Shown here: positions 1-13,514 of the stretch, piece by piece
Layout: each line of letters starts with the position of its first letter
Numbering within the stretch: position 1 is the first letter of the stretch
Assembly (NCBI GenBank): GCA_001599295.1
Contig: BCGN01000001.1
Location: 2,046,001 to 2,110,000, forward strand
Length of the DNA stretch: 64,000 nucleotides
Reading direction: 5' to 3'
Source of the DNA: Sporopachydermia quercuum
Lineage: Eukaryota
Translations under genes and position numbers: made by a program
Notes under the pieces: model-generated
What the model saw: only the letters and a program-made list of their open reading frames with translations
The model's database searches: none
Told to the model about the DNA's origin: nothing

Positions 1-344
1 TAGGAGAAATTTCTAAAAAATTAGCAGTCTTTTCATTCAATTACTATGAGGAAAGATGGTAAAAGATTGAGATAAACTTTATTTTAGTAGTGGTANACCA
101 GTAAGGAAATCCACACATCCCGTCCATCCTCCATAAAAGTTCATAGGAGTTGTTTCTTGTATTAAGACAAAATCAACAGACACTTTTCTTTTTCTTTTTA
201 CCCCATACTGAAAGATACAATTTTGAGTAAAAGAGTTTGAATGAATTGGTGGTATAATAACAATACTTTTGCATATACTTGGAACTACTAAGTATTGGTG
301 GAACCAAATAAATAAATAGGTCATTAATAATTATTGAGGTCATA

Positions 345-1178
345 ATGTTCAAGACCACTACTCGATTAACAGCTTCGTTAGCATCGCAAGTTGCTAACAG
401 TTACAGTCGACACATTGTTTCTAAGTCAGCATTACGTGGACTTGCTACAGTTGCAGCTGATAAGCCACCAAGAATTAAGAAGTTCAAGATTTACCGATGG
501 AATCCAGATACCCCAGAAGAAAAGCCAGAAATGAAGACTTACGAAATCAATTTGAATGAATGCGGTCCCATGGTTTTAGATGCTTTATTAAAGATCAAGA
601 ATGAACAAGATTCTACTTTGACATTTAGAAGATCTTGCCGTGAAGGTATTTGTGGTTCTTGTGCCATGAATATTGGTGGTACCAACACATTAGCTTGTTT
701 ATGTAAAATTGAGCAAGATCACAGCAAGGAATTGAAGATCTATCCCTTACCACACATGTTCGTTGTCAGAGATTTAGTTCCTGATCTTACTCATTTCTAC
801 AAGCAATACAAATCTATTCAACCATATTTACAGAGAGATACCGTTCCAGAAGATGGAACCGAGAACCGGCAATCCATTGCTGACAGAAAGAAGCTCGATG
901 GTCTTTATGAATGTATCTTATGTGCATGCTGCTCTACATCATGTCCTTCATACTGGTGGAATCAACAAGAGTATTTGGGACCTGCAGTTTTAATGCAAGC
1001 TTTCAGATGGATGATTGATTCAAGAGATGAAGCTACTGCTGCCAGAAAAGAAATGCTTCAAAATTCTATGTCTGTCTACAGATGTCACACCATTATGAAC
1101 TGTTCAAGAACGTGTCCTAAGGGTCTTAACCCTGGTTTAGCTATTGCTGAAATTAAGAAGAGCATGGCTTTTGCTTAA
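345..1178 (+). CDS. SDH2: Succinate dehydrogenase iron-sulfur subunit, mitochondrial
   Basis: 277 aa. Basic N-terminal presequence; [15 protein letters not shown] [2Fe-2S] motif; [12 protein letters not shown] and [12 protein letters not shown]e-S motifs. Confidence 0.98.
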   Translation: MFKTTTRLTASLASQVANSYSRHIVSKSALRGLATVAADKPPRIKKFKIYRWNPDTPEEKPEMKTYEINLNECGPMVLDALLKIKNEQDSTLTFRRSCREGICGSCAMNIGGTNTLACLCKIEQDHSKELKIYPLPHMFVVRDLVPDLTHFYKQYKSIQPYLQRDTVPEDGTENRQSIADRKKLDGLYECILCACCSTSCPSYWWNQQEYLGPAVLMQAFRWMIDSRDEATAARKEMLQNSMSVYRCHTIMNCSRTCPKGLNPGLAIAEIKKSMAFA

Positions 1179-1753
1179 ACGGAATAAATGGTATTGAAAA
1201 TTAAGCATTTGGTTACTATTTACCTGGGTTCTTCTTTAGATATTGTTTTGTCGCTGAAATACTGGGTAATTTTTAGCCGACTACAATTTTAAAAAGATAT
1301 TGGTTGAACACTTATTTTTGTAGTCATATATTTATTTATTATTTATTTATTTTCCCTTCATAATTCATCTGTTTATTCAAATAAATTTCATTGTTCATCA
1401 TTAAATTTCCTCCATTCTTATTCTTAATTACTTTCAATGACTTGAGCCAACTTTTCTACCATTGGTTGGTCATTATTCTTAACCGGACAGGAATTTTTCG
1501 GAATTTTGTTTGTCTAATGTCCTATGTTACTCTGGATATTAATTGATTATGTGATCCATAATTATAAGATATTGTTGATGTAATCAGTAGCAATCACTTC
1601 TTCTACAGTTCTGGATTAGTCTAGATAAGCGTAATCTTTTCCAAAGTATCAAATCAAATAGATACCTACAATATGCTACGATAAATTAATTTAGGTAATA
1701 ATTGAACATTTTGAAGTATGAAATTCGGATTTGCAGTAATCGACTAGTTAGAA

Positions 1754-2336
1754 ATGTATCTAACTAAGGAAGAGTTCAATGATCTCATTGAGACGTATTA
1801 TAAAGAGGTCATTCCTAAGAGATCAGTAAGACATCTGGTGAGAGTCGAACTGAAGTATAATCCTGATCCTTCATTACATTTTATCATAAACAATGACAAC
1901 ATAATTTTAGATATTGATATAGTCTACCATCCTTCGTATTTATGTCCAGTTCTGTACTTTTCAGTACTTAAAATATCATCTGACGAATATGGATTTGAAA
2001 GTCNAACAACGATAACAGCTATTGATGAGCTTCAATCTCAATACATAAGCCCAGAAGTACATCAGGGCTCGGTGTGGAACGGAACGGCACCTCTGGTCAC
2101 TCAAAGTGTATGTTTACGATGAATCTACCATTTATATTGAGCGCAGTAGCAGTCCTCTAACAATCCTTTAGGAACATTTATATACACGATTACCTTGTTT
2201 TTTCATTCATCCATGTGATACTAATGATCTTATGGAGAGCATTCTGGCTGATAACAAATCACNATATATGGACTTATGGACCTCAATTTATTTCCAGGCT
2301 ATCGGAATTTATATCNAAATTGTTGACCACCAATGA
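1754..2336 (+). CDS. ATG10: Autophagy E2-like conjugating enzyme Atg10 (spliced, ~172 aa)
   Basis: Exon 1 1754-2107; intron 2108-2171 (GTATGT, ctctaac, tttAG); exon 2 2172-2336 in frame, reading EHLYTRLPCFFIHPCDT with the HPC active-site motif of Atg3/Atg10 enzymes. Exon 1 has IVYHPSYLCPVLYF. The short length fits Atg10 rather than Atg3. Confidence 0.88.
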
Positions 2337-2846
2337 TTTGGGATATATGTGCTAGACAATATTCACAATTATTCAATTAAAATATATCCAAGTCCCCTGT
2401 TTGATTGTTTATCAAGCTGTGCATTCNTACTCACAACCCAATCAAGATGGTGTTTCTGATGGAGTTATTTTGATTATATAATCAACAAAGATCTGCCACT
2501 CCTTTTGCGTTTGTGCTCCCTAAAATGGGACGCACATATCTTTAACGCCACGAGTGAAATTAATCAATAGATAAACAAGATGACCTATTGATTTCTACGG
2601 TGTACTGTATTGAATTTAACTTGAATATATAATATAACTCATGATGTTTACGCGTATTTGAGAGTGCACTATTAAAGAGGAAATATATTAATTGATGAAC
2701 AGTTCAATCTGCGTTATCTTATCATTGTCATTGTCATCAGCATAAGGGAAACATAATCCTTTATTATTATTCCAAGGTTCAACATATTCATCGTAACAGC
2801 ATCAATCATTCTACAACACTTGTTCACATAACCCATCTTCTACAAA

Positions 2847-3605
2847 ATGTCAACTTTCCCACAACTGAGATCTCAGGTGAGAAATCTAGAGTCTAAGACT
2901 TCATCCCTGCTATCAGATTTATCTTCATTTGTTCAATCAACAACGTCTTCTGCTACTGAAGATGAAACCCACTTATTAAATGAACTGCAATCAACCATCG
3001 ATAAAGTATGTATATAAGTCTCAGTTTGTTATAGCTATTAGTAGTATAGTATAAAATTACCGCACATCTATCTAATGGATATATCATGCTAACGTTTCTA
3101 GCGTACTGAACTGTTACAAGCATTAACAAGAATTGTCGATTCTGACCCTTCAACACCGGCAACCAAACTACAGCAATTGCATAGACACAAAGAAATACTA
3201 GCAGAGCAGACTCAAGATTTTATTCGAATGAAAGAAGCTATCAAAGATGAAAGGGCGCGTACAAATCTTTTATTTTCTGTCAGAAGTGATATAGAAACCC
3301 ATCGCAATAGAGGTGTCCCAAGAGAAACATCCGAAGCTGATTATATGGGAAGTGAAAGAGGAGCAATTGATTCAGCTTTGGGTGTTGCAGATAGATTAAT
3401 TGCCCAAGCATTTGAGACTCGTGAAGAGTTTAGTAGACAAAGTGCGGTATTAAGTAACGCTCAAAGAAGAATGTGGAATACAATTAACCAAATACCTGGT
3501 ATAAATACTATCATATCAAAGGTTAATACGAGAAAGAAAAGAGATAGTTTGATCATGGCTGCTCTGATTACCACTTGTATTTTATTCTTGTTTTTCATTA
3601 GGTAA
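2847..3605 (+). CDS. GOS1: Golgi SNARE Gos1 (spliced, ~220 aa)
   Basis: Exon 1 2847-3005 (MSTFPQLRSQVRNLE); intron 3006-3101 (GTATGT, gctaac, tctAG); exon 2 joins in frame to the 3177 ORF. LHRHKEIL motif, SNARE region, IPGINTIISKVNTRKKRDSLI and a C-terminal TM helix. Confidence 0.93.
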
Positions 3606-5294
3606 TGGAATTTGGACCAGGAGAACTAGGCGAATGATGAGGAAGAAGACTATGAAATAAAAAGAGCTGTTTCAACATTGTTTTGGAATTATGGATGAAG
3701 TGCGCCCGAACGTAGAGTGCAACGATATGAAAAAAGAGTCTTTTTTGAATATGCCAATATCAACGTTATTCTATTAATTTCATCATTTTTGATAAGAAAG
3801 AATAAATGATTGATTGCTTGGATCAAATAAACATCAAATATCTGGGAAGAGGAAAATGCGTATTTGTACATCATAAGAGAGAAAATCCTCGCGTGATGAA
3901 ATGTTGATTGGCCATGCCATTTCGACATATTCAGGAATAGAATTAGTATTTCAAATAGTAATAATATATATAAAACAAAGGGAGAGGCAATACGACAAAT
4001 AAAGTAATCATAATCAATAAACAACAACATTTTTCACGAAGCATATAATAGTTCTTCTACTGCCAATGCAATATAAATAATACGTCAAGCGATATGAGTT
4101 ATTACTGATGCACTACTTCACAACTGCACATTCTGTATGGAATCAGTAACGATAGTATTATCAATCTACTATCTATTCTTGCTTGCAATTTCAAATACTG
4201 TGGAATAGTAAACGGAAGAATAAGAATAAATGCAATAGATTGGTTACCTATTATTTGAAACAATCGACAACATAAAATGGTCAAGGATTCAGTTTGCGAT
4301 GATATAATACTTTATCCCTTCAAGCGAAAATACAGGATTGAGATTGTACGAGTCTCGATTAATTCCTATCAAAGAAACCACTGCACATCTTACACATTCA
4401 ACACACTTTACATGCTTAAATACAACTGTAGACAATTATGGAAAACCCATAAGATATGCGTACTTCTGTTTATGTATTTTTATCAAACTGCGTTTAGACG
4501 ACGGGGGTTGTAAAGTATCATAGCCTTTTTACTATACCTGTTACTCCACCAACAATTCGATAATATTGAACAAAGAAAGAGAGGAATCTAGCAGTCAATT
4601 TTCTCAAAGGATAATTATCACGTACTTCAGCAGTCACTTGATAAGTAATCTCAATCTATATGTATTCCTCAATCTGTATTATTAGTTATCTTAAATAGCT
4701 TTCAATTACCATTGTCAATAGTCATAAACGAAACAATGAAACTAGCGACTGATCTGCCATGGTGTGAATGGTAGATCGTGAGCATGCTATATACTAATGC
4801 TGATAAAAGCACTATTTATAATAAATAATGTCTACTCATATCATGAATAATACCATAAATTCTTCATTCAATTAACTATAATCATTCATGCTTTCATATG
4901 GGAAGGCCCATTCTAAAACATTNAATGAACACGAGGCGCTAGCAAACCTGGCACAACCATACAAAATGAATACAAACAGAAAGAAAGGGAAAAGTTTAGT
5001 AGATGATTATATTGTCTTATTTCTGCTATGCGTTTAGTATCATCTTCCTATTACCATTTGGTTTGATTTGACCTTAGTAGTTTCATAATCATTAGCAAAT
5101 ACACTCTGTTTAATATATCAGATATTCTTCTTTCTTTCCAACCCTTATTCTCACTCCTTCTACCACATATCATTTTATATTCATTATTTCATTATTAACT
5201 ACATAATAAGTAGCACCAGCTGAATTTAAAGCCAAAAATGCACTTTTTTAACGCTATCCTTCTTTTATCACCTTACCCTAAAATTAATTACATT

Positions 5295-6296
5295 CTAAGC
5301 CGTAAATACCTTTTTATCATTCCCCCTATCATTCAAGTCCTTCTTACCAAATCTCTTTTGTAAATAATTAATACCAAAATAAGCTTGATTCACAGGAGAA
5401 TCCATACCAGCATAGATAAAGAAATCATAAATAAGACCTCCCAAGAAGCAGCCAATAAAAGGAACAACAATTGGAATCCAGAAATAATAATCACCATTAG
5501 AAAACATATTACCACCGAATCCTAGAATAACAGCAGCTACCCTTGGACCGAAATCCCTTGCCATATTCAGAGCGAAACCAGTTTGCCATCCGAAACAGGA
5601 ACCAATTTCGTAAATCAATAGCCATAAACCGAAAGGTAACAGCTCCTTGGCCGGGAAATTCTTTTCATCTGTCAAAGCAAAAATGCCAATTTGTAGTAAA
5701 GCGGAGGCAACTAATTCTGAAACAACTTGAGCACCAGTTGGCAAGAAAGCGGCAGGGAACGTACAGAAGATACCTCCAGTTGTGTCTGCATCTCTAACAT
5801 TATAACCAGAGAAGTTATTCCATGCACTTTTGTATGTACCGAACACAATAAATGCTCCTAAGAATCCACCAAATAGCTGACTGAGGATATAAATAGGAAC
5901 TTTCTTCCATGGGAAACCTCTGAAAATAGCTGCGGATACACTTACCGCAGGATTTAAATGACCACCGGAAACACCACCAGAAACCCAGAAACCGAATGCA
6001 ACTGCAACACCCCAACTGAGATCAATAGCTAAGATAGATCCCATTTCGCCATCTGATAAAATCTTTTGGGCAACAACACCATTACCAAATACAACTAGGA
6101 TCATAGTACCTAGGAATTCAGCAAATGGTTCTCGTAGTGCAGTTTTGAATCTGAAGGCATATGACACTGCTTCAGGGTCAATTTCCACATTTTCATCATC
6201 CTCTATAGTAGTAAGGGAATTTTCCTGACGATTATTATAATCGGCCGGATATTCAGTTAGTTCTGATATTGGTTTTGAAAATTTGTGGTCTTCCAT
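5295..6296 (-). CDS. Aquaglyceroporin (MIP family, Fps1-like glycerol channel)
   Basis: 333 aa. AEFLGT; SGGHLNPAVS (first NPA); FALNMARDFGPR (second motif NMA followed by RD, the aquaglyceroporin signature); multiple TM segments. Confidence 0.95.
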   Translation of the reverse strand: MEDHKFSKPISELTEYPADYNNRQENSLTTIEDDENVEIDPEAVSYAFRFKTALREPFAEFLGTMILVVFGNGVVAQKILSDGEMGSILAIDLSWGVAVAFGFWVSGGVSGGHLNPAVSVSAAIFRGFPWKKVPIYILSQLFGGFLGAFIVFGTYKSAWNNFSGYNVRDADTTGGIFCTFPAAFLPTGAQVVSELVASALLQIGIFALTDEKNFPAKELLPFGLWLLIYEIGSCFGWQTGFALNMARDFGPRVAAVILGFGGNMFSNGDYYFWIPIVVPFIGCFLGGLIYDFFIYAGMDSPVNQAYFGINYLQKRFGKKDLNDRGNDKKVFTA

Positions 6297-6567
6297 TATG
6301 CAATATATCTTTGTTGTTGCTGAAAAAACAATTATAATGCTCAGGAAAATTAAGAAAATTAAACAAATGGATTATACAAATCGTAATCAAAATAGCGAAA
6401 GCTGTATGTTGAAAAGCAATATATGGACAGAAGAAGAATAAAAGAGACAATAGACTACATATATAATAATATCCATAAAACAGAATCAAAGTTTGAAATT
6501 TGGGGAATTCTTAGTACGAACAGCAGAAATATGCTAGAAATCAAAAGAGTTAAATTTTTATTTACTG

Positions 6568-6601
6568 TTATATAGTTTCCTATTATAAGAAGGGGAAGGG
6601 G
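6568..6601 (-). promoter_or_regulatory. Putative TATA element and two tandem STRE-like (AGGGG/CCCCT) sites upstream of the aquaglyceroporin
   Basis: AGGGG at 6591-6595 and 6597-6601; TATATAA on the minus strand near 6568-6574, about 280 bp upstream of the ATG. Short motifs; function is inferred only. Confidence 0.3.
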
Positions 6602-9600
6602 ATAAGCTGGGACCAACTTTCAAATATGGAGAGAAACCCGGAGAAACCCCAGGATGAAATATGGGAAAGTTGAACAACTGTATACGTAATAGACAATTAA
6701 ATTTCAAATTCAAAACTTTACTAAATATCTCGGAGAAATTTACTTAAATGTAGTAAATAATCCTTGGTGCCTTCTCCATAAATCCTGACTCAAGTAGAAA
6801 ATGTAATTTGGAACATGGAATTAAGTCATCGTTGAAGAAATAGGGTAATAACTTGTTAGCTAAATAAACAATAGTAGAAATCATAGAACATTTATGAATT
6901 AGCTTATCAAATAGTTAAGATCATCAATTCAAGTGTTCATTTTTGTTAGTGCTGATAATTTTCACTTCATTCGAAGGAATATTGTAACGTACATCTTGTA
7001 CTTTGAGTAGCAATAGTTTAGAGTTTTATATGACCTGAGATTACTGCAGGAATGGGTTACTGAAACATTAAAGCTCACAACCTTAATTCAAAGGATGATG
7101 AACCCAGTTATAGTCAGTACGTCATTGGTATATGTTCATGAAGAAATTCACAAGGCTAGGTAGCAAACTACCCCAAAGAGAGAATAGGCATGGACGTCTA
7201 CAATGCTCCGCCTTCATTAAGTACATAATTTTTCTGTTTGTATTATTCATTAGTCAAGATGGGGTTTGAGATCCATTCGAAGGTATATAACTTAACTTAT
7301 ACTTTTGACTACTGATTATTGATCTGTAATAAAAAATTTCAACTTCTTTTTGCTAATGGTACATACAATACTGTGTGTGAAGCTCCTAGTTATTATGTTC
7401 TTGTGAAGTGTGTACGCGTAAACAATTGTGCTTCAATCAACAGATTTCTAAGACAAAGTTATGATTTTGATAGTCATTTAGCTATATGTAAAGGAGCAGA
7501 GACCTAGAGGTGGTTCTCAAAACTCGACATGCCCTGTGTCTTTTTTCACTCCAACAAGATACCTGCAAGATCCAACATAAGTGGTTTCAATTTCAGCTTT
7601 GTTATTACATAGTAGTTCTTCATAATAGTGGATGCTCTCAAGTGAATAGGAGAAACCATTATCGGATTAATTCAAGTAATAAGCCAAACCCTAAATTTCT
7701 AACCCTCTTTTCGTTTTCTTCAAGTACTAACTTTAGTAGTTTCTATTTATTAGAACTAATATGTTAAGGGTTACATTAAAGTAAATAGAGAGAAGATCAA
7801 AATCGAACGTAAACTAAGAAAAGACATAAAGTATCAAATAATATAAATTTCACTGAATCGAAGAAGAAAAGTTGTATGGGACGGTGTTTAGGGAAATTTT
7901 TTCTTTACTTAACCCTTTCAAGTATCGAAGTGATATATGGAAAATGAAGTCATAGATGGCCAGGTGGATAAATAGACAATACTTTACTTCTTAAACTGTA
8001 CCTAAAATTCAAATATTCGATTAAAAGCTTGTTATTAATGCTACAGAGTTGTAGTTATAGAATATTCTGTTGAGTAGGACACCAGCACTTAAATATCACG
8101 TGGGCAGAGAAACACTCAAGTTTGAATAAAGGCGAGAAGCTAGTGCGTCATATTTATTTCATACCCAACAAGTTCAAGTATCATTAAGTACCCCTTCAAG
8201 TAGTAATTTTTTNAATGCTGCAGGGACATTTATTGGTTTGTTCAAAAGAATAGACAGAATAGAAAAATATTCTTTGTTATAATGTTACAGTTGACAACTG
8301 AAGTTTATTCTCAATCACGGTCGTCAATGTATTAACATATTGATCGTACAGAACACCAGAAAGTAGTATTTTCGTTTTAGTATAACCAACTGAAAATTAA
8401 TCCGATAATTTTCCGGTGTTTCCGGCGCGAGTTAACGTTCTTTCAACTGAAACTTTATCACATATACGGAAAGCAAGAATTAATAGTTTAAAGCTTATTT
8501 TGAGCTATGGGGCAGTGACAAGTTGAAGAATAGGATTAAAGTACTACTGATACATATTCATTATTCTGACGGATTAAATAAAACACCCTAATAACGAGAT
8601 ATATTTTCTCTGAATAGATTTTAAGCAATTGATCTAAATTGCTTTCGGGCTTCGGGCTACAAGAACCATTACTTCTCTACTGAAAAAGTATCATTCTTGA
8701 CTTCCCTCTAATCTCTCTAACAACTAGTTCCATTTTTATCCGTAGTAAAATCAGGCGAGAACTGCTAAAGTGCGCACTATAAATGACCATTTGGTCCAAG
8801 AGTGCGAAGAATGGAAAGCATTATAGAATCTTTCAGGGTTTATCCAATCAACATTTCATCTGGTTAGTTCGTTCAGAACATAACCTCGGTTTTTCAGATT
8901 CAGAATCAATAACTAAAGCACATTCTTACATTTGNCAACATACAATTAAGAGAGAAAGAAATAAACATCGGATGTGTCAACTGAAAATACCGAGAAGAAC
9001 GTCAGTGTAATGTGAGCTTGTTTACAAAGTATTGAAACCAGTGTACTATTTGGGACTCAGAATTCAATAATTACTGAATATGTTCATATTCGTACTCATA
9101 CTCATAGTCATATTTTAATTTAATCCACTATATCTTTGTAATTGTATTCTGTATTTGATGACTGATACAACACACCGTATTTTCGACTCTTACAGATTCC
9201 AAACTATCAAGGTTATCAGGGATATCATGACGGTTTAAAACTAATCAACAGAAGGGACATACAAAGCAACAAGAATTCAGATGTGAAATGTGGAGAAACC
9301 ATTATTATGTCCTTTGAGGCGGAACGTGATTGATACAAAATTATTCCAAGTTTCTTTGCTATTAAACAGAATCTGACAATAATTGTTCGCGATAGTAGAT
9401 ATAATTTCAAATTCAAATGAAACTACAGAAAATACATTTATGAAGCGACAGAAACAACAATCATCTCAAAAAAGAAAAAATTAAGATGATAAACAATAAA
9501 TGAGAAAGTAAATCATCAACCTACAAGTTATTTGCGCTTTGCTTGATATATATTCTTCTTGATTCACGCTCGCCCTAGTGTCTTTAATCTAAACGTTTGA

Positions 9601-12152
9601 TATATTCCTTGAATTTCCAAAATTTCTAGCAATCCATGCAAATATACGTATACAAAAATACATGATCTTGGATTTTAATGTGGATGATGGAGAATTGGGA
9701 TGTGATGAGCATGTTAATAGTCCTTATATAAGCATTAGTGAAACCGAACAAGAACAATTGAATACTTTATTAAGAAGNAACTAGTATTAGCCATTTATAT
9801 CCTTCATTCAATTGTTTGAATTAAGGAAATAGTTGAGAGCTAAGGTCGACCAAATTTGAACAATAATCTGGAGAATAATAGGAAGAAAGAATTGAAGGTT
9901 GGCATACGGATAAACTAGGGCGAAAGAGAAAAAATTATTCCGCTGGAGCGGTAATTACAGTTTTCAAAATAAAGTTTAGTAAGTTGATTTTATGAATCTA
10001 TTTTAAAGTTCCACCTCAGAAGAAGAGATATATGAACATGTGAAAATCAATAAAATAGAGTTCTTGCTATAGTTACAATCGAGTATGCCTCGCTTCCTAT
10101 TCAAATACACCAACCGAATAGGCTGAACATGATAACGATGAAATACAATTGAAAGAATTTGATCGCGTTTGTGAACACAGTTTCCAAAAAGTCAGTTATT
10201 TTCATAGGAAGAAAGGCTTAAATGAAATTGTGGGAGAATAAATGTGGTGCCCCTCAACTGCCTACACTAAATACTGGGGTATGTACTTTTTTCAAACTAC
10301 GAACGTTTTGCTGATGAATAAGGCAAAAATGAAAAATGTGGTCCAATGATTGGTGCAGTGAGAAATGGTACATCCCTACATTATTTTAGAATGGTTGACA
10401 ATAAGGGTGACGAATAGTCGTAATTGAATGTAGAATTATACGTTTTTACTTTTGTCCAGACAGCAAAACTGACAAGAAAGTACTATAAATTGCTTTCTAC
10501 GTTAAGGAAAATTTTAATTTCACTAAGAAAGATGAGAATTATAACAATGTAGTATGTAATTTGTCTAAACTATTCAACCACTCTGTTAAATCGTGGTATT
10601 CTGTTGACAGATCATTTGTTAGAATTCTACCAAGTCCGACAGTTTGATGAAATATTGCACTAAGCAAGTAGCCGTTCAAATCCGGAGAAGAAGGAAATAG
10701 CTTTACAATTGCAGAGAAGTTCTCGACCATAAAAGAGGAATCTCATAAACTGTCGTATTAAATCAATTGAACCCTTAAGAATATACTATTTGTCAAAGAT
10801 TAGTTGCTTTCAAATTACATGAAAGTAAGAGGAATCGAATAAACAACTGAGAACTCCTATTCTTACACTAAAATGGATTTGAATATTTACAGAGGAAATC
10901 AGGGAATAATATTGAAGAATTCATTTATATCATGACATGACAACAACTATTGCTGAGAGAACAGATGAAATTCAATTCTATCAAAGTGGTGAATAGCTCT
11001 CTTCGACGTTCTTAATTACAGAAATAATACTCTGGAAATAAACCACTGTTAAAAAAAGCTGACTTTGCAAATGAAGGATTTCTACTTTAAGTTATGCTTT
11101 ACTAACCGCGTTATATTACTTTCAGAGGAGCTACAATACTATTAGCTATAGAAAGATAGTAATACATCTAGTTGGTGATAATTGACCGGCACTCCCAAGA
11201 GAAGCACTAGAAGTTACATCTTCAACTAATATTATTGCAAAGTAATAACTCAGATATCTTACTTAAAGTGCGATTTAAATTGCTAATATAAGATTAGTTA
11301 GTCCTGTTGGTAGGTGTAGCTCATTGTTGACAGTAGATCGGAAACCAAGCAATTAAGGCATATTTAAACTCAGTTCAGAATAGAACATGTTTCATCTTCA
11401 ACAAGAAAGCAAAGCATTCCAGCTCATATCAAAGCATTTTTATTTCATTGTTTTTTTTTGTTTTTTGTTTCAGTTAAATAAAAAACTCAGGTAGTTCTCA
11501 AATCGCTGTATTTTCTTCTTGATTTGTTGGAATGTATATTATTGGCCAAATTCTTGTCGACATTTGATTTGTTATTTCTATATGTGTTCGCAGTGATCAT
11601 ACATTCTCGAATGTGAGCAGCCTTCTATTCCCGTAGAAACTTGTGAAAAGCAATCCACAACTAGTTACAATTCGACCCTCCTTTCATACATGTTTTTCCA
11701 GCATGATCTTTCCTTCAATATAGGTAGATGAAATAGATTTTTTTCTTTTACTGTGAAATGAATGATTATGCACATCTAGGCACGTCATTTTCACCTTCCT
11801 TTTCGGGAAACATATATTTACAATATTCAGGAAAAGATATATTTATTCAGAGTTATTATCATTTCCGAAATATTTTCTTAAGCCTAAACAAAAATTTTCT
11901 ATATCCGAACATTCTTTGTTTCATTTAGTTCCTTCCCGAGATGAACTTGCTTCCGCCTACCTTGGTAAAGATTTTTGATGTTCAGAGAAGAAAATGAACA
12001 TCATAACGGCTCCCTTGTACTATACAGGAGTGAGTCTTTAATAAATTGTCATTCTTACTGCTATAATTAATACTATTTATCCTTTCTGTACATATAAACA
12101 AAACAACAGCCATAGTAACATTTCTTTAACAACCAATATTTTCACAGGCAGA

Positions 12153-13514
12153 ATGGATTTTTTTGACCGGAAAATATCAGTCAGTCTTTTAGGGTTAGCA
12201 ATAATTGGATCAGCTGCTACAGCTTCTTTTATTACGTCAATTATTCTTTCCTCTAATCATGAAAGCTCTCCTAAATCTTATTCTCAACCATCCAGAAACA
12301 CAAACGCGGAGAAACGACAACCACTGAAATTAAGTAGCGAGAGTTATTCCGAAGAATTAATCCGAGAGCAACTAGCTAGAAATTATGCTTTCTTGGGGGA
12401 AGATGGCATGAAAGCCATACGAAACAAATTTATCGTCATCGTTGGAGCTGGTGGTGTTGGCTCTTGGACTATCACAATGCTGTTGAGATCAGGAGTTTCT
12501 CATATTAGAATAGTAGACTTTGATCAAGTGTCTTTATCATCATTGAACCGTCACGCATGTGCTACTCTACAAGACGTTGGTACATCAAAAGTTGATTGCC
12601 TGAAGAACTATCTATTAAAGATTGCTCCGTGGGCGGATATCGAAGCATACAATGAATTATTTCATAAAGAAGAAGCCGAGAGACTATTAAGTGGTGCACC
12701 TGATTTGATAATTGATTGTATTGACAATATTGATACTAAAGTGGATCTGCTACAATATTGCTATGAAAAAAAAATCCCGGTAATTAGTTCAATGGGTGCA
12801 GCTTGTAAATCTGATCCTACTAGACTAAACGTTGGTGATATTTCAATCACCAAAGAAGATCCTCTATCACGAGCTGTACGGAGAAGACTAAGAATGAATA
12901 AAATAATCACCGGTATACCCGTTGTATTCTCATCAGAAAAGCCTGATGAAGGCAAAGCCGAATTATTACCCTTAGATGATGAAGAATTCGAGAAAGGTAA
13001 CGTTAAAGAGTTGGGAATCCTGCAGGATTTCAGGGTTAGAATATTACCAGTCCTTGGTACAATGCCTGCTATGTTTGGCCTAACTATTGTCACTCATATA
13101 CTTACACATTTCGCTGGTTATCCTACTGAATATATTCAAGGCAAAAACAGGCTTAAGAATTATGATCAAATGCTTCAAACTCTTGCTGGGCAGCAAGCGA
13201 GATTAGGATATAAATCTCATAAATTACCTATTTCTATTAACGATGTCGGTTATATCTTAGAAGAAGTGTTTAGGGGAAAATCTCCGATCTCTGGCTTTTC
13301 AACTCAATTGACTTTATCTCGGTGGGATAAGAATAAGGAGATAAGTTTTCAGAACGTTGTTGTTATGACAAAACCCGAGCAAAAACGCCATGAAGCTGAA
13401 TATCTTAAATCTGAGAAGGATGTTAAATTGGAAGATTTGTATGATGAGAAAGTCATAAGTTTAGTAGAGAAAAGATTTAGGCAAGAAGCTGCTTATTCTA
13501 TATGGCGAGAATAA
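12153..13514 (+). CDS. TCD1: tRNA threonylcarbamoyladenosine dehydratase (Tcd1/Tcd2, ThiF/E1-like family)
   Basis: 453 aa. N-terminal hydrophobic anchor, EQLARNYAFLG, VGAGGVGSW, DFDQVSLSSLNRH, DCIDNIDTKVDLL, FRVRILPVLGTMP. Confidence 0.93.
   Translation: MDFFDRKISVSLLGLAIIGSAATASFITSIILSSNHESSPKSYSQPSRNTNAEKRQPLKLSSESYSEELIREQLARNYAFLGEDGMKAIRNKFIVIVGAGGVGSWTITMLLRSGVSHIRIVDFDQVSLSSLNRHACATLQDVGTSKVDCLKNYLLKIAPWADIEAYNELFHKEEAERLLSGAPDLIIDCIDNIDTKVDLLQYCYEKKIPVISSMGAACKSDPTRLNVGDISITKEDPLSRAVRRRLRMNKIITGIPVVFSSEKPDEGKAELLPLDDEEFEKGNVKELGILQDFRVRILPVLGTMPAMFGLTIVTHILTHFAGYPTEYIQGKNRLKNYDQMLQTLAGQQARLGYKSHKLPISINDVGYILEEVFRGKSPISGFSTQLTLSRWDKNKEISFQNVVVMTKPEQKRHEAEYLKSEKDVKLEDLYDEKVISLVEKRFRQEAAYSIWRE

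Noticed and set aside
3689..4523. Short ORFs downstream of GOS1
   Set aside because: No recognisable motifs, composition typical of AT-rich non-coding DNA, and no coherent splice path.
12470..12760. Alternative yeast genetic code (CUG-Ser or CUG-Ala)
   Set aside because: CTG codons in TCD1 fall at positions that read as conserved Leu (TMLLRSG, DCLKN, KVDLL), supporting the standard code.
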